A stretch of DNA of 64,000 bases from a virus. The position numbers were made by a program, and so were the translations under genes. Where the stretch lies: positions 1 through 64,000 of IMG/VR virus record IMGVR_UViG_3300024513_000016. One strand, written 5' to 3'. Under the pieces are notes generated by a model. The model saw only the letters and a list, made by a program, of their open reading frames with translations, made no database searches and was not told the origin of the DNA. Shown here in pieces: positions 55,503-64,000 of this stretch (positions are counted from its first letter, which is position 1; every line of letters begins with the position of its first letter).

Positions 55503-57185
55503 CTACTCATAAGGCCTAAAATCAAAATTAGATATATCTGAAATAACTGCTTCCAATTCTGTTATTTCTTCATCTAATTTAGATGCAGATTGAAGAATAG
55601 ACCATGCATATCTTTGAAGTTTTTCCCTTTGCTTTCTTAACGTATTAGATATAGATGCAGTTTGTTTAATTGCAGGAACATTTTTATTTCTAGTTTGAGT
55701 ATAAGAATTTAAAGAATTATTAATTGTATTATCAAAAGAAGAACAGTTTGGAGGAAAAACTCCGAGAGGTGGAGGTCCTGCAGCATATCCAATTACATCA
55801 GTTGCTGTAGCTGCTACTGTAACTCTAGTTCCTTCGGGTGCATACTTTATAGTATAAATTGGAGGATCACCACCATTAGAAGTTTTTATTGTTGGCCACT
55901 GAGTTGTTCCAATATTATAACCACCTCTTCCTGCTCCTACCTCAGGCTCTGCATTCCTAATACATTCTCTCGTATCTTTATTCCATGTTGTATTTGATCT
56001 TAAAGTCCCATCACTTTTATATAAACAATCATTTTTATTTTTTTTAGTGCTGTCAACATAAGTTTTTCCGGGTTTATACTTATCAAACTCATTTTCTATT
56101 CCAGATTCGTCAAAATAAACACTACCCCCAGTACCTACAGTTGAAGATCCAATTATACCTATTTTAATAGGAGAATTTGGACTTTTAGTATAATCAAATC
56201 CTTTATAAATTTGAGAATCAACCCTTAGTGCAATAAGATCTGTAGTCAATCCGGACCTTGATGCTTCAGTTGATAAAAATACTGCAGAATAATTAGTAAG
56301 TATTCCAACAAAAAATTCACCCTCTTCAATATAATCAGTTGCATTTGCACTCAATATTAAAGTATTGACTGTCAATAAAGATGTTTCTAAAACACCATCT
56401 TCACCATAATATTCAATAGGTTGACTGGCACTACCAAAACCAGTAATAGTTGTTAGATATGGAATGACTGGAGGATTAGTACCTACACCCAAATGAACAA
56501 GAGTCATGCCAGTTTTGATACCAACAAAACTACCTGCACCAAAGTTATTAAAAACATTAGAACCAGTAGAAATACCCCCTATTAGAGATGTTATTACACC
56601 AACTGAAATAGTTTCACCAAATCCAACTATCTCAGGTAAATTTCCAGGAGAATATATTGAAGGGTTATCAATATCGTCTGAAATTGTATCATTTATTTTT
56701 AATTCAGGTGGTCTAGATGTCGGATTTCCATCTTCATCCGTAATTGCAATAATTGTAGATCCAGAAGAAACATTAGCATAAAACTCTGCAACTAAAGTTG
56801 ATCCATAATCACGATCTAAAGGTTTTTTATAATATTTCAAACCAACTTTTGGTTTATAATCATAAGTGTCTGGATTTTTTTGTACTTCCCAAACTTTATA
56901 TTGTCCTATATTAAAAGGTGTAGGAGATTCTATTTCTACCCATTTTAAATCTGTTCTACATCCTGAAGCAATTCTTGCATCATATGCTGCTTTTACAGCA
57001 TCTACAGAAGCATTTACTTCACCGGATAAAGGTAAAGTACTTTCATCTATTGGATCAATTAGTCCATCATACTTATCAAGTTTAATATCTATTAATGATA
57101 ACTGATCCAATAAATTATTTAATTGATTTTTTTTTCTTATTATCTCTAACTTATATTCTTCAATAATGTCACTAGAATTACTCAT
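55503..57185 (-). CDS. Putative virion structural protein
   Basis: Coiled-coil termini, beta-rich core; baseplate context. Confidence 0.65.
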   Translation of the reverse strand: MSNSSDIIEEYKLEIIRKKNQLNNLLDQLSLIDIKLDKYDGLIDPIDESTLPLSGEVNASVDAVKAAYDARIASGCRTDLKWVEIESPTPFNIGQYKVWEVQKNPDTYDYKPKVGLKYYKKPLDRDYGSTLVAEFYANVSSGSTIIAITDEDGNPTSRPPELKINDTISDDIDNPSIYSPGNLPEIVGFGETISVGVITSLIGGISTGSNVFNNFGAGSFVGIKTGMTLVHLGVGTNPPVIPYLTTITGFGSASQPIEYYGEDGVLETSLLTVNTLILSANATDYIEEGEFFVGILTNYSAVFLSTEASRSGLTTDLIALRVDSQIYKGFDYTKSPNSPIKIGIIGSSTVGTGGSVYFDESGIENEFDKYKPGKTYVDSTKKNKNDCLYKSDGTLRSNTTWNKDTRECIRNAEPEVGAGRGGYNIGTTQWPTIKTSNGGDPPIYTIKYAPEGTRVTVAATATDVIGYAAGPPPLGVFPPNCSSFDNTINNSLNSYTQTRNKNVPAIKQTASISNTLRKQREKLQRYAWSILQSASKLDEEITELEAVISDISNFDFRPYE

Positions 57186-57207
57186 ATACTTTTCCTCATC
57201 AATTTAA

Positions 57208-58095
57208 TTAAGAATTAATTCCTGGTCTATAATCATAATGATATCCAACTATAGATCTTTGATCTTTTCCCGGATAATCTTCTATTTTACCTTCATATTC
57301 TACAACAATTTTATCTACATCTTTTCTTTCACCATAAACAATATAACTACAGTGAACTGCACTCCCTGCATTATTTAGAACTTTAATTTTAGACCCCCAA
57401 TCTGATATTTCATAATAAAGTTCTTGATATGTTCCAATAGGAGTCAGGTAAACTGTAATTGTTTCCGAATCTACTAAACCTTTCCAATATTCTGGTAATT
57501 CTATAATATTAGAATCTTTTAAAATTCCTCTATGATAGACTGCCGCTTCAGGACCTTCTAAACAAATATGAGTCAATCTCCACCCTTTTTTAGTAGGGTG
57601 ATGCATATCAAATCCTTTTGGAGGTGATGCTGCTGCAGTAGCTAATTGAGCATCAAGCCATTCACAACTAATAACTCCATCAACTCTCAATGCTCCATTT
57701 ACAACTTCTGTAAGATTTGCTATACAAACATCATTACCAATTGCTAAGGCATTGCTGAGACTCGTTCCTTGTTTAATGTCTGCAGATTGTTTAATTTCTA
57801 TTCCTTCACAAACAACTGCACCTGCAAATAAACTAGAACCTTCTACATTAAAAGATCCAATAATATTTGTTATACCATCGACAACAAGAGATGCAGGAAA
57901 AGAAGCAGATACTGGTGGTCCAATTGTGCAAGTAGCTCTTGCTGCAGGAGCAGCAAGAGCAGCACCCATCAAAACAGGTCCATTCAATACTGCAGTTCCG
58001 GGTAAAACTTTACTAGTAGCACTAATAAATGAAGTATCAAGTTGTCCTACAATAAGTTTATCACCTACTTGTGATATAGAAGTGGTATGTGACAT
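57208..58095 (-). CDS. Baseplate spike/fibre-like protein
   Basis: Beta-repeat N-half; C-terminal FDMHHPTKKGWRL.H.CLEGPE..VY.RG domain, shared in outline with 27619..29484. Confidence 0.65.
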   Translation of the reverse strand: MSHTTSISQVGDKLIVGQLDTSFISATSKVLPGTAVLNGPVLMGAALAAPAARATCTIGPPVSASFPASLVVDGITNIIGSFNVEGSSLFAGAVVCEGIEIKQSADIKQGTSLSNALAIGNDVCIANLTEVVNGALRVDGVISCEWLDAQLATAAASPPKGFDMHHPTKKGWRLTHICLEGPEAAVYHRGILKDSNIIELPEYWKGLVDSETITVYLTPIGTYQELYYEISDWGSKIKVLNNAGSAVHCSYIVYGERKDVDKIVVEYEGKIEDYPGKDQRSIVGYHYDYRPGINS

Positions 58096-58096
58096 A

Positions 58097-58648
58097 TCAA
58101 ATCATTTTCAAGAATTTTTTAAGATTACTTAAAGCACTTAGTATCGATCCAACAAATGATCCTTGTGTTACATCTGAGAATGACGCACTAGATACTTGAA
58201 CATTTGCTGCCATATCTACAGTTTGCCCATACATACCAATTTCATTTGTAGCCGTAATATCGACATTTGTTCCTTTCGTTCTAACAATAGGAGCATTAAA
58301 TTCTATGATTTTACCGGACCCCAGAGTAATCTCACCACTACCATCTGTAGCAACAATTCTTATATTTCTTGCACGAATTATAATATCTCCAGCAGGGGCA
58401 TCTAAATAAATATCACCATTTTTTGCGTATATGACTTTCGCAGGTTCATCATCTACACATTTTGATCCAACAACTTCTATGGAAGTTTTAGGATTTGCCT
58501 CCACCCTATTTCCGTCTTCTCTAAGTTGAATCGAACTTCCACTATCAGTAGTTACTGCCCATTCATATGTTGCTTCTTTGTTAGTAACATTATCATAAAT
58601 CTTATGTGCAATATTTGTATCTATATTTTGCCTTTCGCTTTTACTCAT
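58097..58648 (-). CDS. Baseplate hub/spike beta-helix protein (gp5 C-terminal-like)
   Basis: A.NGDI.L.AP.G.I.I.A.NI.I.A short beta repeats directly after the gp5-like gene. Confidence 0.6.
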   Translation of the reverse strand: MSKSERQNIDTNIAHKIYDNVTNKEATYEWAVTTDSGSSIQLREDGNRVEANPKTSIEVVGSKCVDDEPAKVIYAKNGDIYLDAPAGDIIIRARNIRIVATDGSGEITLGSGKIIEFNAPIVRTKGTNVDITATNEIGMYGQTVDMAANVQVSSASFSDVTQGSFVGSILSALSNLKKFLKMI

Positions 58649-61155
58649 ACGCAGTCAACAACCGTAAGTATTCCAACTTGATTAATAATAACTCTTGGGA
58701 GAATTGATAGTTGAGGCAGATATTCCAGAACTGGATATAAATCTGCACCTTCACCATTTTGACTATTTATAATCGCATTAGGAAGTGCATCAAAAATATT
58801 AGCACAAGTAATAGATTGAATTCCAACAATAGATCCATTAGGAGTAACAATAGGGGTAAATGTACAAAGACCTACTTGAATGACATCCCCTGTCGAATAT
58901 CCAATTCCAGGATTTTCTACGACAATTGATGTTATAATTCCAACAATATCAGTTCCAACTCCAGGTCCAGGTGGTATGACATTATCAAATATTTCTTTTG
59001 GAAATGTTCCAACTCCAGTTGAAACTGGAGTTCCAGGTGGAGTTTGAATAGGATCGTCCGGAATTGGAGTAAGTATTGGAGATAGTCTATTTGATATGTT
59101 TACTATGGTCCTTGCTACAATAACACCAGAGGTATCTTGTAAATCAAAGAACATCTGTTCTACAGATTCTTGTATACTATCTTGACGTATTTTAACTTTA
59201 ACTTGTGCAGTATTTGATTTTATTGTCACACTTCCATTCATACTTCCTTCTATATCATTAGAAGTAATATCTCCACCCAACATATAAGATAAAGATGTAT
59301 TATCTTTAACATTTTGAGTAAAAATAGTATAAGTTACAGTTTCACCTTCAAAAAAAGTATATCTATCTGCAGTAACCAAATATGAAGGAATATCAAACTC
59401 TGAACTTAAATCTGGTGGACAATATCCTGTTCCAGATCGAGTTAGATATATTTGCGTAATTCTTCCTCTAGAAATAGATGCAGATGCTTTTGCACCAGAA
59501 CCGTGATTTGTTTTATCTACTATTGAAATTCTAGGTGGTTTACTGTATCCAAATCCAGAATTAATAATTTTTACAGAAATTATGCTTCCATCTTTTGAAA
59601 CAATTGGAACTGCCTTTGCCCCAGATCCATCTCCAAATATTTCTATCTTAGGTGGAACACAATATGGATATACTTTTCCTGTATCAGTCAAATCATCTTG
59701 ACCCTTTGGAGTTTTTACTTTTTTGGTACAATCTCTAAATACAGAACCTTCATATCCATATAATGATAAAGAACCTAATGCATTATCAATATTATCATTT
59801 ACACCTTTGAGGACATTCATATTCCCCAAAACATTATTCCAATTATCAATCCCTGCTCGTTTAGGTCCAAACTTTAATGACCATTCAGATGGGGTTTTAC
59901 ATTTTAAACTATCACAACCAATAAAATTAAGAATTTGATTTGCAATTGAAGATACTTGAGATAAAATTCCTTTAATTTGAGATAATCCACCAAGTAACCA
60001 ATCAAGTCCAGACATTACTGGTTCTAAAAGTTCTTCAATTTTATCCATTAATTTAGAAAGAATTGCTGAAGTAAATTGTTCAGCAGCACAAAGTGGTGCA
60101 TTGATAGCTCTACCTACCAATCCCTTAAGCATATCTAAAAGAAAATCTAAAAGCAAATCTATAAGTTTCTCAAAGATACAAAATATAATATTCATTATAT
60201 TTTTAGTTGCTTCTGCAACTGGAGTATGTTGAGGTAAGGGTAAAACTAATGCAATAAATTTTCCAAACAAATCACCTACCAATTTCATTATGGTAGATCT
60301 AAAATTATTAATAATAAATTTAATTACTCCTGTAATTATTCTTGCAGTTCTTTTAATTTCATTAGTAATATCAATTATTGTATTTAAAACTGGATCTACA
60401 TAAGCATCAATATATCCTTCCAATCCATTAACTATTGTAATAAAATCTTGAATTGCCCTTGTAATCTTTCCAATTATATTATTATCACAACCATTTTCTT
60501 TTGTAATGGTAATACTACCTACTTCTTTTTGAATTATATCAAGTTGTTTATCAACATAAAATATTTTATCCTTACCAGAGTTCCTATCCGAACCTAGATC
60601 TACAGAAATTGGATTTTCAATTTTACCACCAATAATAGTGGGAGGAGATTCTTCTTCTTTAGCATCTCCCTGTTTAGGGTCAACAGTTGGTTGTATTTTT
60701 GTCTGGCCTTGTGCAACTGTTGATCCTAATGTGGTATCATTTCCTTCAAATGGTTGAAATGCTATATCAGATTCAGGAAATGATTTTACATTTTTATCTC
60801 TATGAATTACTCCAATTACTACTGGTTGTTGGGAATCATCACCATCTAGGAAAAATCCAAAAACAGTTTCTCCTCCAACTAATTTATGACTTTTACCTAA
60901 TCCACCTTGAGCACTACCATCAGTAGCACCAAGCATTATTTGTGCCCAAGGTAGATCTTTATCTGGAAGTTCTTTTTTATTATAGGTATGATATCCAATT
61001 ATTCTAACCTTACATCGATATGCCCAAGATCCACCAGTAACTATATCAACCTTTTCTGGTATATCCCATACCTTTGCAGGAGCAACCTGACCTATCCACC
61101 AAATAAAACCATCTTTTCCAAGATAGTTACTTTTTAATAAAGCATCATCAATCAT
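58645..61155 (-). CDS. T4 gp5-like baseplate hub subunit (OB-fold N-terminus), no lysozyme domain seen
   Basis: GF.WWIGQV...R.KVRI.GYH...LPWA...G..VFGFFLDG...Q.PV.IG. Confidence 0.85.
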   Translation of the reverse strand: MIDDALLKSNYLGKDGFIWWIGQVAPAKVWDIPEKVDIVTGGSWAYRCKVRIIGYHTYNKKELPDKDLPWAQIMLGATDGSAQGGLGKSHKLVGGETVFGFFLDGDDSQQPVVIGVIHRDKNVKSFPESDIAFQPFEGNDTTLGSTVAQGQTKIQPTVDPKQGDAKEEESPPTIIGGKIENPISVDLGSDRNSGKDKIFYVDKQLDIIQKEVGSITITKENGCDNNIIGKITRAIQDFITIVNGLEGYIDAYVDPVLNTIIDITNEIKRTARIITGVIKFIINNFRSTIMKLVGDLFGKFIALVLPLPQHTPVAEATKNIMNIIFCIFEKLIDLLLDFLLDMLKGLVGRAINAPLCAAEQFTSAILSKLMDKIEELLEPVMSGLDWLLGGLSQIKGILSQVSSIANQILNFIGCDSLKCKTPSEWSLKFGPKRAGIDNWNNVLGNMNVLKGVNDNIDNALGSLSLYGYEGSVFRDCTKKVKTPKGQDDLTDTGKVYPYCVPPKIEIFGDGSGAKAVPIVSKDGSIISVKIINSGFGYSKPPRISIVDKTNHGSGAKASASISRGRITQIYLTRSGTGYCPPDLSSEFDIPSYLVTADRYTFFEGETVTYTIFTQNVKDNTSLSYMLGGDITSNDIEGSMNGSVTIKSNTAQVKVKIRQDSIQESVEQMFFDLQDTSGVIVARTIVNISNRLSPILTPIPDDPIQTPPGTPVSTGVGTFPKEIFDNVIPPGPGVGTDIVGIITSIVVENPGIGYSTGDVIQVGLCTFTPIVTPNGSIVGIQSITCANIFDALPNAIINSQNGEGADLYPVLEYLPQLSILPRVIINQVGILTVVDCV

Positions 61156-61360
61156 CGTAAATTCTACATTCTAATGAATTTGGATTTTCGTCGCAGTATA
61201 ATTCCAGTGGAGTTGGATCATGATCATCTTCTGGATGACGTTCACGATATCTTTCCAATGATTCCAATTCTTCTTCAGTATGACGACGTGACTGAGAAGA
61301 AATCATAGGATCATCAAGTATTTTTTTGTCGTTTTCAATGTGTTGATGGATGTTTTCCAT
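61148..61360 (-). CDS. cp12: Phage CP12 Calvin-cycle regulator
   Basis: C-terminal PTPLELYCDENPNSLECRIYDD; start MENIHQHI at 61360. Confidence 0.92.
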   Translation of the reverse strand: MENIHQHIENDKKILDDPMISSQSRRHTEEELESLERYRERHPEDDHDPTPLELYCDENPNSLECRIYDD

Positions 61361-61361
61361 T

Positions 61362-62708
61362 TTAGTACTGTACGTTAGTTGAACTATAGAGACCATAACT
61401 GTCTCTTATTAATCTTAAACTAGTAATCATCTGTCCAGGTTCCATATGATGTCTCAATTCTTTAATTAAATAATTTCCACTTTGTTGAGGATCTGCCTCT
61501 TTTTTATCACTTCTATCAATCTTAGGAAATTCTGCATAAATGATATCACCAGCTTTCAAAGTCACATTACAAGGAACTACCATATTTAGTGCTTGAGTAA
61601 ACAAAAGATTGTAACGAGAAAATGATTTTGCCATATCTGCTTCATCCCTCATATTTGTTTTATCATCAATCTTCGAATCCCCTTCTATAGTATTATCCAT
61701 AACTCCAATATCAGAGGTTCTTACCATTATTCTCGATACAGATTCTCCAAATTCTTCAGATACTGCTATTGATGCATCTCCACTGAGAACATTGGCATTT
61801 CTTATTTCATCCTTTAACGTATATTTGTAAATATTTAATTTATTTTTATAAAGATCATAAAAATATGTTTTACTAGAATACATACCTACTCTTAAATTTG
61901 TTAAAAGATTATTATTTTTTTCAAAACTATAATTTAATATTTTGTAATTATTTACTGGTTTGTTATGCTCAGTAACTTGAGTATAATAATATTTTTGAAT
62001 ATTTTCAGAATTAGAACTACCAGATTGAACTCTGGTATTTTTTACAAGACTGTCAATACTTCTAAAATTAAATCCATCTTTATTCTCATAAAATAAAAAT
62101 CCTGCTATACCTTTACCTTCACTTGCAACTCCACTACCAGATACTCCTGTCGTTTTAGATGTAGTTGGTATAGATTTAGGACCTAACCAAGTTAAGATAT
62201 GAAATGGTTTTTTCTGATTTCCAATAAAAGCATAACTATTCAAAGTTTTTTCTATATTCTCTGCTTTATATTTTTTAGTTTTTAAAATATCTTTTAAAAT
62301 TGAAGTGACCGATTGGTCAATTGTTCCTCCATATCTTTTTACACATCTTACTGTCTCATTGGTAAGTGCTTCCCGAGAAACTAGATTCAGAGTAAACATT
62401 TCACTGGTACTATCTGGACTTATTCCACTAACTTTATACACATACAGTGAATTTTCCCCATCAAATTCAAATTTTCCAAATCCAGTATCAACACTTAAAA
62501 ATACCTTTTCACCACCACGTATTGGAAGTAAATTTACAAGTGATGTACTATTCATCACTTGAATTGTCATAGTAATAGATGGTGATAAAATATCTTCAAA
62601 ATAATCTAAAAACATGATGGAAGATGATCCTGCAAGATCAACAGATTTAGATCCATCTAAAGATTGAATAACAAACCCATTCGGTTTTAGTGCGTTTACT
62701 GCTGACAT
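61362..62708 (-). CDS. Baseplate hub protein (T4 gp27-like)
   Basis: YFEDILSP.IT...LPIRGGE; GFLFYE..DGF.F.S.D.L; L.AGD.I...SG.YLI..L.H; upstream of gp5-like gene. Confidence 0.7.
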   Translation of the reverse strand: MSAVNALKPNGFVIQSLDGSKSVDLAGSSSIMFLDYFEDILSPSITMTIQVMNSTSLVNLLPIRGGEKVFLSVDTGFGKFEFDGENSLYVYKVSGISPDSTSEMFTLNLVSREALTNETVRCVKRYGGTIDQSVTSILKDILKTKKYKAENIEKTLNSYAFIGNQKKPFHILTWLGPKSIPTTSKTTGVSGSGVASEGKGIAGFLFYENKDGFNFRSIDSLVKNTRVQSGSSNSENIQKYYYTQVTEHNKPVNNYKILNYSFEKNNNLLTNLRVGMYSSKTYFYDLYKNKLNIYKYTLKDEIRNANVLSGDASIAVSEEFGESVSRIMVRTSDIGVMDNTIEGDSKIDDKTNMRDEADMAKSFSRYNLLFTQALNMVVPCNVTLKAGDIIYAEFPKIDRSDKKEADPQQSGNYLIKELRHHMEPGQMITSLRLIRDSYGLYSSTNVQY

Positions 62709-64000
62709 TATGCGAAAGATAAATTGGTTAAAAGAATTGTCTTAACTAAACTATTTACCACAGCACCTTCAGATGGTCCAGTGACTACTACCTGATTGCC
62801 ATTACCTCCACCACCTGAAGGAATAATAATTGGTTTTTGAGAACCACCACCCCCACCTCCAGATGCAATAATCATTGGTCTATCAATAATATAAGATTGC
62901 CCCTGAGAATAAGAAGGATAATATGCAACCATCTGAGGTTGAATATTTTGGGAAATTGAATCTGGTGCAAGTGAAACCATAGATTCATATGCAGAACTAG
63001 ATTGCATAGATGGAGGTTGAATTTTTGGAGATGTTTCTGCAGATTTAATTGCAGATTCTTCATTTCCCGCAAAAGATGTTTTAACTTCACCAAGTTTCAT
63101 TCCCACATCTGATGCTTTTCTTTCTGTAACTTTAACCGATCCACCAAATCTAAAATAAGAAGATGCAACACCTTTGGGATTTACTGGTTTAGTTCCAGGT
63201 CCCCCAGGTCTATACTCAAAATGAACATGAGGTCCAGTAGATCTTCCAGTGCTACCTTGATTACCAATGACAGTCCCTGGTGATATTCTTTGACCTTTTT
63301 TTACATTTACTCTACTTAAATGTCCATAAAAAGTTTCAGAACCATTATCATGTTTTACTGCAACCCAATTTCCATATCCTGCTTCAGTACCAACATCTAC
63401 AACTCCTGCCTGTAGAATGGAAACTGGTGCAGTTGGATTTGGATGTGCAAAATCTGCACCATTATGCATTTTACCCCATCTCCACCCATACCCAGATGTA
63501 AAATGCTTTGATGGATCATCTCCACCTTCTGCAGTAGTTACTGCACCAACCTCTTCAGTTGAAGGTTGTTCATCAATATAAGAAGTATCTACCTCTCCAG
63601 TTGCATCTTCCATGGGAGGGGCACCATCTTCACCCATTAATGATGCACCAAATCCACTCACAAATTTTTCAAATTTTGACACAACACTATCAAATCTCGA
63701 AACTACCTGATCAAATCCCGTAGTACTTTGAGCAGATAATTTTTGCTTTACTTCTTGTTCTTTTATTTTTTGCTCTGTTTTTTCTTTGAGAGATGTACCA
63801 GAAGTAAAATCCATTGCTCGATCTGCAGCATATCCACCTAAAAATCCACCAGCCATACTGCCAAGAACAAAACCTAGACCTGGTACAGGTATCAGTGCCT
63901 GACCTATGGCACCACCAAGCATAGACCCCGCAAGAGATCCTCCTGCCCCTGCTGCAGCCTTCCCTATACCTTCACCCTGTTGAAGTCCAGTGGCAAAGTC
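62708..64000 (-). CDS. Tail/baseplate protein with M23 (LytM) peptidoglycan peptidase domain, 5'-truncated by window edge
   Basis: H.G.DF, GYGN.V...H, Y.HL, G.TG.STGPH.HFE; frame open to 64000. Confidence 0.85.
   Translation of the reverse strand, partial: DFATGLQQGEGIGKAAAGAGGSLAGSMLGGAIGQALIPVPGLGFVLGSMAGGFLGGYAADRAMDFTSGTSLKEKTEQKIKEQEVKQKLSAQSTTGFDQVVSRFDSVVSKFEKFVSGFGASLMGEDGAPPMEDATGEVDTSYIDEQPSTEEVGAVTTAEGGDDPSKHFTSGYGWRWGKMHNGADFAHPNPTAPVSILQAGVVDVGTEAGYGNWVAVKHDNGSETFYGHLSRVNVKKGQRISPGTVIGNQGSTGRSTGPHVHFEYRPGGPGTKPVNPKGVASSYFRFGGSVKVTERKASDVGMKLGEVKTSFAGNEESAIKSAETSPKIQPPSMQSSSAYESMVSLAPDSISQNIQPQMVAYYPSYSQGQSYIIDRPMIIASGGGGGGSQKPIIIPSGGGGNGNQVVVTGPSEGAVVNSLVKTILLTNLSFA

Noticed and set aside
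88-63501. All plus-strand ORFs in the track
   Set aside because: They overlap well-supported minus-strand genes and have no recognisable motifs.
1-64000. Stop-codon reassignment, tRNA genes, introns or inteins
   Set aside because: Genes tile densely under the standard code with TAA, TGA and TAG all used as stops. No T-loop/cloverleaf or splicing motifs were spotted by eye; tRNAscan-SE would be decisive.

Overview
A 64-kb, AT-rich segment of a large T4-like myovirus, almost certainly a cyanophage: it carries a phage-type CP12, a T4 gp5-like baseplate hub and (C/A)TAAATA late promoters. Essentially all genes are on the minus strand. In transcription order (right to left): (i) baseplate hub region with an M23 peptidase protein, a gp27-like hub, cp12 and a gp5-like gene lacking lysozyme; (ii) about 40 kb of tail-fibre and virion-appendage genes, including a Gly-rich/collagen-like fibre flanked by three 2OG-Fe(II) oxygenases (one apparently dead), a subtilisin, a LamG lectin and a 1389-aa fibre built from roughly 50-55 mosaic 51-nt repeats; (iii) a glycosyltransferase/methyltransferase/sulfotransferase cassette directly behind that fibre; (iv) about 10 kb of small, mostly early genes behind sigma70-type promoters; (v) a cluster of basic proteins starting with a T4-type capsid-targeting leader (MKT[YF]xEF..E), interrupted by a GIY-YIG homing endonuclease. 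Most notable: the same leader is fused to a HiPIP [4Fe-4S] domain and to an HNH-like domain, suggesting a head-packaged, co-injected effector set. There are also two candidate fibre-modification systems and a self-contained ~68-nt RNA with its own promoter and terminator. All calls are by-eye motif recognition; no searches were run.
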